Source: Thermodesulfobacteriota bacterium (GTDB lineage: Bacteria > Desulfobacterota > Binatia > Bin18). Taken from it: a stretch of 64,000 nucleotides of DNA. Shown here one piece after another: positions 22,094 through 30,756 of the stretch (within the stretch, counting starts at the first letter, position 1; each line of letters begins with the position of its first letter). The notes beneath the pieces were generated by a model. That model was given only the letters and a program-made list of their open reading frames with translations, was not told where the DNA came from and ran no database searches. The translations under genes and the position numbers were made by a program. Location: positions 256,001-320,000 of the forward strand of contig OZ219926.1 in the NCBI GenBank assembly GCA_964291405.2, in the 5' to 3' direction.

Positions 22094-22267
22094 TGCTGCG
22101 TTCCTCCCCGCCCAACGTCACTATCACTAGATGTTGATGTACCGCCCACTAGTGGTCAAATCGTCCGTTTCTCCTCCACGCGCTATCATCACCGACTTAT
22201 CAACGTCAACGGTTCGAGCCTCGCCTCTTGTGCCCTCGTAACAGGGCTTGCCAAGAAACTGGATTAA

Positions 22268-22279
22268 CTGCTATGAGGA
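22268..22279 (+). promoter_or_regulatory. Putative extended -10 element for tRNA-Phe (candidate -35 TTGCCA at 22248-22253)
   Basis: TTGCCA-18 nt-TATGAG with TG upstream, about 15 nt before the tRNA. Confidence 0.35.
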
Positions 22280-22292
22280 TGCCCCACCGTGT

Positions 22293-22365
<73 letters not shown>

Positions 22366-22445
22366 CATTTCTTCTCCACGCCATCAGTGAAATGAGATCG
22401 GACAGCCATCCACGACCAACCAGGTGTGTGATCAAGAAGCTTGTT

Positions 22446-24179
22446 TCAATTCCGTGGTATGCGGATTTCCTCAACCATGTCTTGGACCGCGGGTGGTGGC
22501 GGGCTGGTGAACGAGGAGACGACAAGCGCGACGCCAAAGTTAATCAGCATACCAACCCCGCCGATCCCTTCGGGCGAGATACCCCATAGCCAGTGCTCGG
22601 CGGTATTGGCTTCGGGGCTGATAAATTTGAAATAGATAATATAGGCGGTGGTAAAACTCATGCCGCAGATCATGCCGGCAATCGCCCCGGCTCGGTTCAG
22701 GCGTTTGGAGAAAATCCCCAAGACAATCACCGGAAAGAAGCTCGAAGCGGCCAAGCCAAAGGCAAACGCCACGACCTGAGCGACAAACCCTGGCGGGTAA
22801 ATGCCAAAATAGCCAGCGATGATCACCGCTCCGGCCGCGGCGAAACGGGCATAGCGAAGCTCTTGCTGCTCAGTGATGTCCGGGCGGATCACCTTTTTCA
22901 TCAGATCATGGGAGACCGACATTGACAGGACGAGCAGCAATCCGGCAGCGGTAGACAGGGCGGCCGCCAGACCGCCCGCCGCCACCAAGGCGACGATCCA
23001 AGCCGGCAGTTGGGCAATTTCCGGGTTGGCGAGCACGATAATATCGCGGTCGATGTACAACTCGTTGCCCTTCCAGCCCTGCGTTGTCGCACGCTCGGCA
23101 AAGGCTGGATTACCATCATTATAATACTGAATCCGACCATCCTGGTTCTTATCGGAGAATCGGATCAGACCAGTTTCCTCCCATTTTGAGAACCAGTCAG
23201 GTACCTGGGCGTATTCTGTGTTGTGAACGGTCGTCAAGATATTGGTCCGAGCAAACGCCGCCACCGCAGGAGCAGTGGCGTACAGGATGACGATAAACAA
23301 CAGGGCCCAGCCGGCTGAGAGACGCGCATCTTTCACTTTCGGAACCGTAAAGAAGCGGGTAATGACATGCGGCAGACCGGCCGTACCGACCATCAGGGAA
23401 AGGGTAACAAAAAAGACATCGATCGTCGTTTTACTCCCCCGACCGGTATAGGCTGCAAAACCGAGTTCCTGACTGAGGCCGTCGAGCTTATCCAGCAGAG
23501 ACGTTCCTGGCTCCGTTGTCAGTTCCGCCCCAAAACCAATCTGGGGGAGCAGCGTATCAGTCATCAGCAGGGAGATAAAAAAGGTGGGTAGCATATAGGC
23601 AAAGATCAGCACACAGTATTGGGCGACCTGCGTATAGGTAATACCCTTTTGTCCACCGGTTACGGCGTAGATAAAGACGATGGCCATACCGATGATCACG
23701 CCGAATTCAACCGGAACTTCTAAGAAACGCGCAAACACGACACCGACCCCGCGCATCTGACCAGCCACATAGGTAAAAGAGACAAAGATGGCGCAGACAA
23801 GCGCGGCGACCCGGGCGGTCTGTGAGTAATAGCGTTCGCCAACAAAGTCCGGTACGGTGTATTTCCCGAACTTCCGTAGGTATGGCGCAAGCAACAGGGC
23901 TAAGAGCACATACCCGCCCGTCCAGCCCATCAGATACATCGCACCGTCACGCCCCAGGAAGGACATCATGCCTGCCATCGAGATAAACGAGGCCGCGCTC
24001 ATCCAACCTGCGGCGGTCGCCATGCCGTTAGCGACGGCACCGACCCGCGAGCCAGCAACATAAAAGTCGCTTGTTGATTCGGCTTTGGCTCGCCAGGCGA
24101 TGCCGATATAGAGCGCAAACGAAAGACCAACGATGATGAAGGTCCAAATTTTGACCGGATCTGTCTGAAAGAGGTCCAT
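22446..24179 (-). CDS. actP: Sodium:solute symporter, ActP-like monocarboxylate permease
   Basis: WMSAASFISMAG, GWTGGY, KFGKYTVPDFVGERY, GTAGLPHV, AAALSTAAGLLL. Start moved to ATG 24179, overlapping the DUF4212 stop. Confidence 0.85.
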   Translation of the reverse strand: MDLFQTDPVKIWTFIIVGLSFALYIGIAWRAKAESTSDFYVAGSRVGAVANGMATAAGWMSAASFISMAGMMSFLGRDGAMYLMGWTGGYVLLALLLAPYLRKFGKYTVPDFVGERYYSQTARVAALVCAIFVSFTYVAGQMRGVGVVFARFLEVPVEFGVIIGMAIVFIYAVTGGQKGITYTQVAQYCVLIFAYMLPTFFISLLMTDTLLPQIGFGAELTTEPGTSLLDKLDGLSQELGFAAYTGRGSKTTIDVFFVTLSLMVGTAGLPHVITRFFTVPKVKDARLSAGWALLFIVILYATAPAVAAFARTNILTTVHNTEYAQVPDWFSKWEETGLIRFSDKNQDGRIQYYNDGNPAFAERATTQGWKGNELYIDRDIIVLANPEIAQLPAWIVALVAAGGLAAALSTAAGLLLVLSMSVSHDLMKKVIRPDITEQQELRYARFAAAGAVIIAGYFGIYPPGFVAQVVAFAFGLAASSFFPVIVLGIFSKRLNRAGAIAGMICGMSFTTAYIIYFKFISPEANTAEHWLWGISPEGIGGVGMLINFGVALVVSSFTSPPPPAVQDMVEEIRIPRN

Positions 24180-24487
24180 CACTGGACACCCCGCTCGCTG
24201 CGTACCTCTTCTTGTTCCTCCAGGCCATATTCCCGGTCCAGACGATTCATCAGCCACACGTACACGAAGATCAGGATGACAAAGACATACATCGAGCCCT
24301 GTTGCGCCATCCAAAAACCAAGCCGAAAGCCGCCCAGCCGGATGGTGTTCAGTTCGTCAACACAGAGAATGGACAGCCCAAAAGAAACGATAAACCAGAC
24401 GCTGAGCAGGGCTCCGACAATGAGAAGATTCGTACGCCAATAACGCTGGGATATATGAGGTACAGATTCATCTTTCATATATGACAC
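24179..24487 (-). CDS. DUF4212 small subunit of solute:sodium symporter
   Basis: YWRTNL, GFRLGFWMAQQGS, MNRLDREY; canonical partner upstream of ActP-like permeases. Confidence 0.9.
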   Translation of the reverse strand: MSYMKDESVPHISQRYWRTNLLIVGALLSVWFIVSFGLSILCVDELNTIRLGGFRLGFWMAQQGSMYVFVILIFVYVWLMNRLDREYGLEEQEEVRSERGVQ

Positions 24488-24557
24488 ACCTCTTGATAGG
24501 CCAGACGGAGTAAACCGAGGAGATAGAGCCGAGGTCTTTTCCTGAGCTGGAAATCAA

Positions 24558-24983
24558 CTAGGCAGCGTCCGGTGGCGAGGGGAATTCATGCGAGACAATA
24601 TAGTGAAGTACAGTCTGGGGGGTGATCAAACCAACCACAACATCTTGGCGAACCACAGGTAAGTGATGGATTCTCTGCTCTCGTAAAATGGCGAGCACCT
24701 GATCCGCGGGGGTGAATTCATCGACGGTTATCACATGTTCCGTCATCAGTGTTTCCACGGTCACGTCGTTGGAACGCTGGGCAAGAAAGGCGTTGAGCAT
24801 GTCGCTTTCGGTGATGATACCAACTACTCGTCCGTTCGCATCGGTGACGGGCAGGCCGGTGATGTCCAACCGGGCAAGTTGGCGTGCGGCCTCGGCTAGG
24901 GTCGTCTTAGGAGAGACAACCACATCGTTTGCCGCCATAAATTGTCGGGCGTGCCCTTTCACTGACACCTCCCTCTCCACCAC
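24558..24983 (-). CDS. Stand-alone CBS-pair protein
   Basis: Two CBS motifs (LPVTD...VGIITESD; HHLPVV...VGLIT). Start codon uncertain. Confidence 0.88.
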   Translation of the reverse strand: MVEREVSVKGHARQFMAANDVVVSPKTTLAEAARQLARLDITGLPVTDANGRVVGIITESDMLNAFLAQRSNDVTVETLMTEHVITVDEFTPADQVLAILREQRIHHLPVVRQDVVVGLITPQTVLHYIVSHEFPSPPDAA

Positions 24984-25166
24984 CGGGTGTATCGAGTCAA
25001 ACGGGGGTATTGTGACACACTCAACCTATCACGTCGAGATTGCCCATAATGGATTGCTCCCCGGCCGCCGCGCTCACCTATGGCAGTGTCACCATCAGAT
25101 CGGCTCGAAGACACCTCACTTCTGTGATATTGGTGCAATAACACCTTTTAGAGGAGGAGTAGAAAG

Positions 25167-25544
25167 ATGCCAGTCGTCCACAACGAAGCAGTAGAGAAAT
25201 TTGCCCTCCCCGGCTTGGAACACCAGACTCTGGCCGGTCCGGAACATGGCATGCAGACCTTAGAAATGTGGATGCAGACCATCAAGCCCGGTAGTGGGAC
25301 GCCCGTTCACCGTCACGACTGCGAAGAGGCTATCGTGGTGTTGCGCGGCTCGGGACGCTTGACGGTCGAGGGAGAGGATACGGATTTCGGTCCGAACTCA
25401 ACTCTCCAGATCCCACGCGATGTGATTCATCAGATAGTCAATACCGGAACGGAAGATATGTTCATTGTTGCAGCTCTCGGCCAGGCACCGGTCAGAGTCT
25501 GCACCGCAGACAATGAACACATGCCCCTCCCCTGGCAAGACTAA
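25167..25544 (+). CDS. Cupin protein, auxin-binding protein 1 (ABP1)-like
   Basis: GLEHQTLAG..HGM..LEMWMQT, TPVHRHDCEE, HQIVN, C-terminal PLPW. Strong GAGGAG SD. Confidence 0.8.
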   Translation: MPVVHNEAVEKFALPGLEHQTLAGPEHGMQTLEMWMQTIKPGSGTPVHRHDCEEAIVVLRGSGRLTVEGEDTDFGPNSTLQIPRDVIHQIVNTGTEDMFIVAALGQAPVRVCTADNEHMPLPWQD

Positions 25545-25987
25545 GGCGTCGGCGCGCTGGCTGAGGGTCGGGCCTCTTCCCCGGCCCTTCTTCTTGTCCA
25601 CAGAAAGAAGCTACCAGCACCCAGTCCGCCGCCTATCACATCCGCGACGACATCCACCGCGCTGGACACACGTCCCGGCACGAAGTTCTGATGCCATTCA
25701 TCGCTGAGCCCATATCCAAGAGTAAAGAGAAGGGTGAAAAGCACGACTGCCAGGGACGAACATCCCTCCCACGTCTCTCTGAGCGCGACTGTCCAGAGCC
25801 AACCCAATACGGCATACGCGGCTACATGGGCCAAGGTATCGGAGGAAGGCACCATCTGAGGAGGACGCAATCTAGGTTGATCGGACAGATAGTAGAGGAG
25901 TCCGCAATAACTCATGACCGCGGACCATGCCAGGAGCTGTCGGCCCCAGGTCGCCCTCCCCTTTTGTCCCACCTGTCCTTGTAGCAT
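25541..25987 (-). CDS. VanZ family membrane protein
   Basis: D.LAH..AYAVLG, YGLSDEWHQNFVPGRVSSAVDVVAD. Confidence 0.88.
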   Translation of the reverse strand: MLQGQVGQKGRATWGRQLLAWSAVMSYCGLLYYLSDQPRLRPPQMVPSSDTLAHVAAYAVLGWLWTVALRETWEGCSSLAVVLFTLLFTLGYGLSDEWHQNFVPGRVSSAVDVVADVIGGGLGAGSFFLWTRRRAGEEARPSASAPTP

Positions 25988-26019
25988 GATGCGATCTTCC
26001 CCACGTCCTTAGCCGTCCA

Positions 26020-27174
26020 CTAGTCGAGGGCCATAATCTGCGTATTCACAAAATAGGGAAAGTCGAACGTTGTCATCTCACCGACCTGCTTACCTGGGAT
26101 TGGGAGCAGACGAACGGAGAGCGGCTTCTGCAACTTCCAGCCTAAAGCCCCAACATCGGAAAGGAGTCCTATCAGTTGATGCTGAGAGACGTTACCTGCA
26201 AGCGGTATGGTGTCGAGCCCCGTGCCACATACCGCGGAATATGTCAGCAGTTGGGGCAGTCGGATTTTTCCTTGATTATTGCGCTCGGCAAGACCGGCAT
26301 CTTCGAGCACCGGCAACATAAGCCCACAGTAGCCACATTGATCGAGAACCGTCTCTTTGAGTGCCGTGGTGACCAGGGCGGCTGCCGCAAGCGTGCCCGG
26401 ACTACCGAAGGGAACGGCGCTGATCCGCTCAATTGCCCGGGCAATACTGCTCCCAGGACCCGGCGCTGGTGACAGGTCAAAACCCGCAAATCGAAAATGC
26501 TGCTGCCCAAGGCGTTTCAGACGGCGCTCAAGAGGGCGAAGCTGGCGTTCAAATGCCTGTTGTATCTGGGCGATAAGCCCGGTCGGGCTGAGATCAGACT
26601 GGGCAACGGACGCCACCACATCGGCGGCTTCAAGGGCAAGGGAGACGGCCGGCGTTCCAGTGTGGAACGCCACCGGGAAAAAAGGGGTCTGGGCGCGGAT
26701 GTGGATCGCGGCCGCAAATCGGAGGTTGCCAAATCCATCTGGCGTTGTGTCCGCGATCGTTTTCATAATGCCGGCAATCGCTTGGGTTACAGGCTGAGCG
26801 GGGACTTGGGCGCCGTTGCTGAGACGCGCGCTGACAAACATTGTCTCAGTCCCAGCGATCAGGTCTGGCAACAGGTCAACAAACTGGTGCTCCTCGGGCA
26901 CGTTGGGGTCTACTGGTCCGAGCGCGCAATAATCCAATCCGTTGGCGAGACAGCAGGCTTCCAGTTCTTGGGCAAAGCGAAGGACCGTGGCAGGGGAGCA
27001 GCCGGCCAGATACTGAGGAAATGGGGGAGTGGCCAAACGGAGGGTTTGCACCGCTAATCCCTCCTCCTCGCAGATGGTCTTTACTGCTTGGGCAAAGCGT
27101 CCGCCTTGCGAGATCCGAGCGGTCTTCAGCGGAAAGCCGGGATCGAGTCCTATTGTAATGGACCGAATCTTCAT
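26020..27174 (-). CDS. DUF711/UPF0210 family protein
   Basis: MKIRSITIG, VQTLRLAT, PFFPVAFH, GYCGLMLPVLED, YSAVCGTGLDTIPL, KPLSVRLLPIPG. Confidence 0.85.
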   Translation of the reverse strand: MKIRSITIGLDPGFPLKTARISQGGRFAQAVKTICEEEGLAVQTLRLATPPFPQYLAGCSPATVLRFAQELEACCLANGLDYCALGPVDPNVPEEHQFVDLLPDLIAGTETMFVSARLSNGAQVPAQPVTQAIAGIMKTIADTTPDGFGNLRFAAAIHIRAQTPFFPVAFHTGTPAVSLALEAADVVASVAQSDLSPTGLIAQIQQAFERQLRPLERRLKRLGQQHFRFAGFDLSPAPGPGSSIARAIERISAVPFGSPGTLAAAALVTTALKETVLDQCGYCGLMLPVLEDAGLAERNNQGKIRLPQLLTYSAVCGTGLDTIPLAGNVSQHQLIGLLSDVGALGWKLQKPLSVRLLPIPGKQVGEMTTFDFPYFVNTQIMALD

Positions 27175-27296
27175 AGGTTCTTCCCTAGATCAGCGGCGAG
27201 TAGACGCATCTCCAGCACTATCGCATACACGTTCTGCCCATTGGCACCGTTTCCATTTATCAGTATTATACCTGGGAAAAATAGAGCGATCCGACT

Positions 27297-27842
27297 ATGG
27301 CGAAAAAAGAGGAGCCTACGACCCTATTGGACGAACAGGCGACGGGAGAGGGAGCTGATGTTCAGATTCGCCTGACGCGCCGTCCTCCGTGGCAACCGTC
27401 CCCACGCCTCCCCGATTATTTGCTGGAAGACGAACTCAATCGGCTCATGGACCCGCGCGAGTGGAAAACCTACCGAGCCTTGTGGCGACACTCTATCGGT
27501 TTACGGCGGACCCCACTGATTACGGCCGGCTATGCTGAAATCTGTGAGATGACAGGTTTGTCCCGCGCCTCGGTTATCCGGGCATTGAAAGGGCTCATGA
27601 AGAAACGCTACGTCATACGGATCCTCGGACCGGAGGCAAAAGGTGAGACCCGGGTCGAAAAGGCCCGCTTACCAACCAAACCGCGCGACGGACATCGATA
27701 TCTGGTCTGTACGTATCGCGAAGTGATAGAAGGGCGGCTCAAGGATGGAACGCCGCTCAAGGATATTCCCGAAGGGGGCCTTTTCCCGGAAGAGGTCCAG
27801 GTCTTTCGGCGTGAAGAGCAAGACCCGTTATTCTCAAGCTAG
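27297..27842 (+). CDS. Hypothetical winged-helix DNA-binding protein resembling replication-initiator N-terminal domains
   Basis: DPREWKTYRALWRHSIG...AGYAEICEMTGLSRASVIRALKGLMKKRYV is a helix-helix-HTH-wing pattern. Fills an otherwise empty gap. Confidence 0.65.
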   Translation: MAKKEEPTTLLDEQATGEGADVQIRLTRRPPWQPSPRLPDYLLEDELNRLMDPREWKTYRALWRHSIGLRRTPLITAGYAEICEMTGLSRASVIRALKGLMKKRYVIRILGPEAKGETRVEKARLPTKPRDGHRYLVCTYREVIEGRLKDGTPLKDIPEGGLFPEEVQVFRREEQDPLFSS

Positions 27843-27903
27843 CGCCCTTGCATCCAGTCTCCGCGTGGGGCATCCTCAGTCGATTACGAGTGGCAGAAAA
27901 CCT

Positions 27904-28677
27904 ATGAGTGCAGGAGTAACGCAACAGTATCGTGGACAGAGAGCAGGCGTGACGCTCGGTATCATTCTGTTCCTCGCCTTCAGCCTTTTCGACTGGACCC
28001 TGCCGTGCGTCTCTGAGGCCCAATTTTTGGGCCAGGGGACCCGATTGGGCAACCGCTTGACGCGCGAGAGTCGGCTGCGGCTACGCCAGGAAAAGCAAAA
28101 GCGCGGATCGGGACCAGAAATGGAAGAGATTATCCGTCGTCTGGGGAATGACCGGCCGGAAACACGCATGAGTGCGGTGAAGTCGCTCGGAGAGATGAAA
28201 AACCCGCAGACGATTGACTATCTGCTCAATGCGACCGCAGATGCTGATATTCGAGTCAAGGTTAAAGCCATTGAATATCTGGGCAATATGCGAGCGACAG
28301 ATGCCACCCCAGCCCTGGCCCAACAGTTATTTTTACGTGACGTGCATGCCGGAGTCAAAAAAAAGGTCCTGATTGCATTAGGCAAAATTGGTGACCCGCG
28401 GGGCGCCATGCCCATCATGGAGTTTCTGCGACGTGACCTTGATGTGCCGACAAAGGGAACCGCCCTGTTTGCCCTGAAAGAAGTGGGGACGGAGGATGTC
28501 CTCACTTTTCTCGACGAATTCTCCCGTATCGAGGAGTCTGTCCCTTTGCGGAGGCTGGCTGCTGACGCGGCGATGGACATCCGGCACCGCCTCTCACCAG
28601 AATTTGCTCCGGTTGTCCCCTCGTTCGTGAAACAGGTTGAGCTTCGAGAAAAGATGAATAAGGGAGCGCAACCGTAA
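27904..28677 (+). CDS. HEAT/PBS-repeat protein with predicted signal peptide
   Basis: Repeats R..AVKSLG, VKVKAIEYLG, VKKKVLIALGKIGD, ALFALKEVG; hydrophobic N-terminus ending SEA|Q. Confidence 0.8.
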   Translation: MSAGVTQQYRGQRAGVTLGIILFLAFSLFDWTLPCVSEAQFLGQGTRLGNRLTRESRLRLRQEKQKRGSGPEMEEIIRRLGNDRPETRMSAVKSLGEMKNPQTIDYLLNATADADIRVKVKAIEYLGNMRATDATPALAQQLFLRDVHAGVKKKVLIALGKIGDPRGAMPIMEFLRRDLDVPTKGTALFALKEVGTEDVLTFLDEFSRIEESVPLRRLAADAAMDIRHRLSPEFAPVVPSFVKQVELREKMNKGAQP

Positions 28678-28737
28678 TCCTCGGGCGTGGCTGGAATATA
28701 TTTGTCTCTGGATTGTTGCTGGAAAGGGAAGGAAGGC

Positions 28738-30249
28738 ATGCGTAAGAGCGGATCCATACGATACGGCGTCTTCACCGCTGGCATCCTCATACTGTCAGGG
28801 TTGCTGCTGGTGGACCGCCCTCCCCTACACGCCCTGGAATTATTCGGTTCAAAAAAAAAGGAAGGAAAGAGCAAAGCGGAAGCGCCTCCACCGGTAGTCA
28901 CAAGCGTGGGTCAGCTTCCCGATTTTGCCAATATAGCGAAAACAACCATGCCCGCGGTCGTGAACATCTCAACGACCCAGACATCGACTCGGCGCTCCCA
29001 GCGTCGCCAGAGACCGCTGCCAGGACCAAATCCCTTTGGCGGGGAAGACCCATTTGAAGAGTTCTTCCGCCGCTTTTTTGGCGATCGTCCACCCCCGCGC
29101 CAGCAACGCAGCTTAGGCTCCGGCTTCATTATCAGCCAAGACGGCTATATTGTCACCAATAATCATGTTGTTGGGGATGCCGACAAGATTACGGTCCGTC
29201 TCTCGGATGAAGACGAGTTTGAGGCGCAAATTATCGGGACCGACGATAAAACAGATTTGGCCCTGATAAAAATCGAGTCAGAAGAGCCCTTTCGGAGTGT
29301 TCCGCTCGGGAACTCGTCGGATTTGCAGATTGGCGATTGGGTCATGGCCATCGGCAATCCGTTTGGGCTCGAACAAACAGTGACGGCTGGTATCGTCAGC
29401 GCTAAAGGGCGAGTGATCGGTGCCGGGCCGTATGACGATTTTATCCAGACGGACGCCTCGATTAACCCCGGCAATTCCGGCGGCCCGCTCTTGAACCTGC
29501 AGGGCGAAGTCGTAGGCATTAACTCGGCCATCTTTAGTCAGGGTGGCGGCAATATTGGTATCGGCTTTGCCATTCCCATCGATATGGCGAAGTCGATCAT
29601 TAACCAACTCAAAGACACGGGGAAAGTGACTCGGGGCTGGTTGGGTGTCGCTATTCAAACGGTCACGGCAGAGCTGGCAAAATCCTTTGACCTGGAAGAG
29701 CCTATCGGCGCCTTGGTCGCTGAGGTCACGGAGGGTGGGCCGGCAGAGAAGGCGGGGATTGAGCGGGGCGATATCATTACCCACTTCAAAGGGGAACAAA
29801 TTCTGAAATCCCACGACCTGCCGGCTATGGTGGCGCGCACCCCGGTGGGAGAAAAGGTCCAGGTCACCGTTCTCCGGGGCGGGAAAGAACAAACCATCTC
29901 TGTCGCGCTTGGAGAATTGACCGATCAGATCGCTCAAGGCGGGAGCCGCGAAGAGAGTGAGGCAAGCTGGGGACTGACCGTCGCCGACATCTCAGACGAA
30001 CATCTCCAACGTTACCGTCTGCCAGACAATCAAAAAGGCGTCGTTGTCACGGCGGTTGAGCCTGGTAGCCCAGCCGAGATGGCCGGCATCCGTCCCGGAG
30101 ATGTCATCGAAGAGGTGAACCGCCAAGCCGTCAAATCGGTGCGTGATTTCACAACGGCCATAGAGGAAGTCAAAGACGCAGAGACCCTCCTGCTCCTTGC
30201 CCGGCGAGGAAATTTCACGTCGTTCTTCGCCCTCCGTAAACAAGGCTAA
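28738..30249 (+). CDS. degQ: DegP/DegQ (HtrA) serine endoprotease with two PDZ domains
   Basis: [33 protein letters not shown], two PDZ domains. ATG 28738 after GGAAGG. Confidence 0.93.
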   Translation: MRKSGSIRYGVFTAGILILSGLLLVDRPPLHALELFGSKKKEGKSKAEAPPPVVTSVGQLPDFANIAKTTMPAVVNISTTQTSTRRSQRRQRPLPGPNPFGGEDPFEEFFRRFFGDRPPPRQQRSLGSGFIISQDGYIVTNNHVVGDADKITVRLSDEDEFEAQIIGTDDKTDLALIKIESEEPFRSVPLGNSSDLQIGDWVMAIGNPFGLEQTVTAGIVSAKGRVIGAGPYDDFIQTDASINPGNSGGPLLNLQGEVVGINSAIFSQGGGNIGIGFAIPIDMAKSIINQLKDTGKVTRGWLGVAIQTVTAELAKSFDLEEPIGALVAEVTEGGPAEKAGIERGDIITHFKGEQILKSHDLPAMVARTPVGEKVQVTVLRGGKEQTISVALGELTDQIAQGGSREESEASWGLTVADISDEHLQRYRLPDNQKGVVVTAVEPGSPAEMAGIRPGDVIEEVNRQAVKSVRDFTTAIEEVKDAETLLLLARRGNFTSFFALRKQG

Positions 30250-30256
30250 AAGACTC

Positions 30257-30281
30257 CTGCGGGGCGCTAATCGCCCCGCAG
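30257..30281. terminator. Likely bidirectional terminator hairpin
   Basis: Perfect 10-bp stem CTGCGGGGCG-CTAAT-CGCCCCGCAG right after degQ, between convergent genes. Confidence 0.7.
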
Positions 30282-30346
30282 TCTCTTGGCGTGCTCGGCT
30301 TTTTCAGGCGAACAGAAACGCACCGACGACGACGGTACATCTCAGG

Positions 30347-30730
30347 CTATAGCCCCTGAGCCAACTCGATCAAATAGCCATCCGGATCACGCACATAGGC
30401 CGTCCGTTGCCCCCACGGGCGGGTTGTCGGCGGGGTGACCGACGTCGCTCCGCCCGCCACTATTTCCGCATAGGCCGCGTCAACGTCAGCGACCTTGAAG
30501 CCCAACTCGAAACCAGGAGCAGTCTGTTGAGCGGGCTCCAGAGCGAAACCGACCACGGCGGCCATGGCCGAGCGGGTATAGAATCCAATGCGGGTCACAC
30601 CGGTGTCGAGTTGCGCGTAGTCTCCAGAACGATGGCCGAGTTTGAGCCCTAAAACCTGGATATAAAAATCAAGGGCGCGGTCGAGATCATCAACAATCAA
30701 GATGATATAGTCGGCCGCTTCAAGTTGCAT
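30347..30730 (-). CDS. VOC/glyoxalase family protein
   Basis: VDDLDRALDFY..VLG, PWGQRTAYVRDPDGYLIEL. Confidence 0.9.
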   Translation of the reverse strand: MQLEAADYIILIVDDLDRALDFYIQVLGLKLGHRSGDYAQLDTGVTRIGFYTRSAMAAVVGFALEPAQQTAPGFELGFKVADVDAAYAEIVAGGATSVTPPTTRPWGQRTAYVRDPDGYLIELAQGL

Positions 30731-30756
30731 ACGTGTGTCCTGTGGCAGGGCCAGTC

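Noticed and set aside
27062-27073. Short match (CCTCCTCGCAG) to the 3' end of tRNA-Leu, a possible att site
   Set aside because: Only about 11 bp, inside the DUF711 coding sequence, with no integrase and with housekeeping genes in between; consistent with chance.
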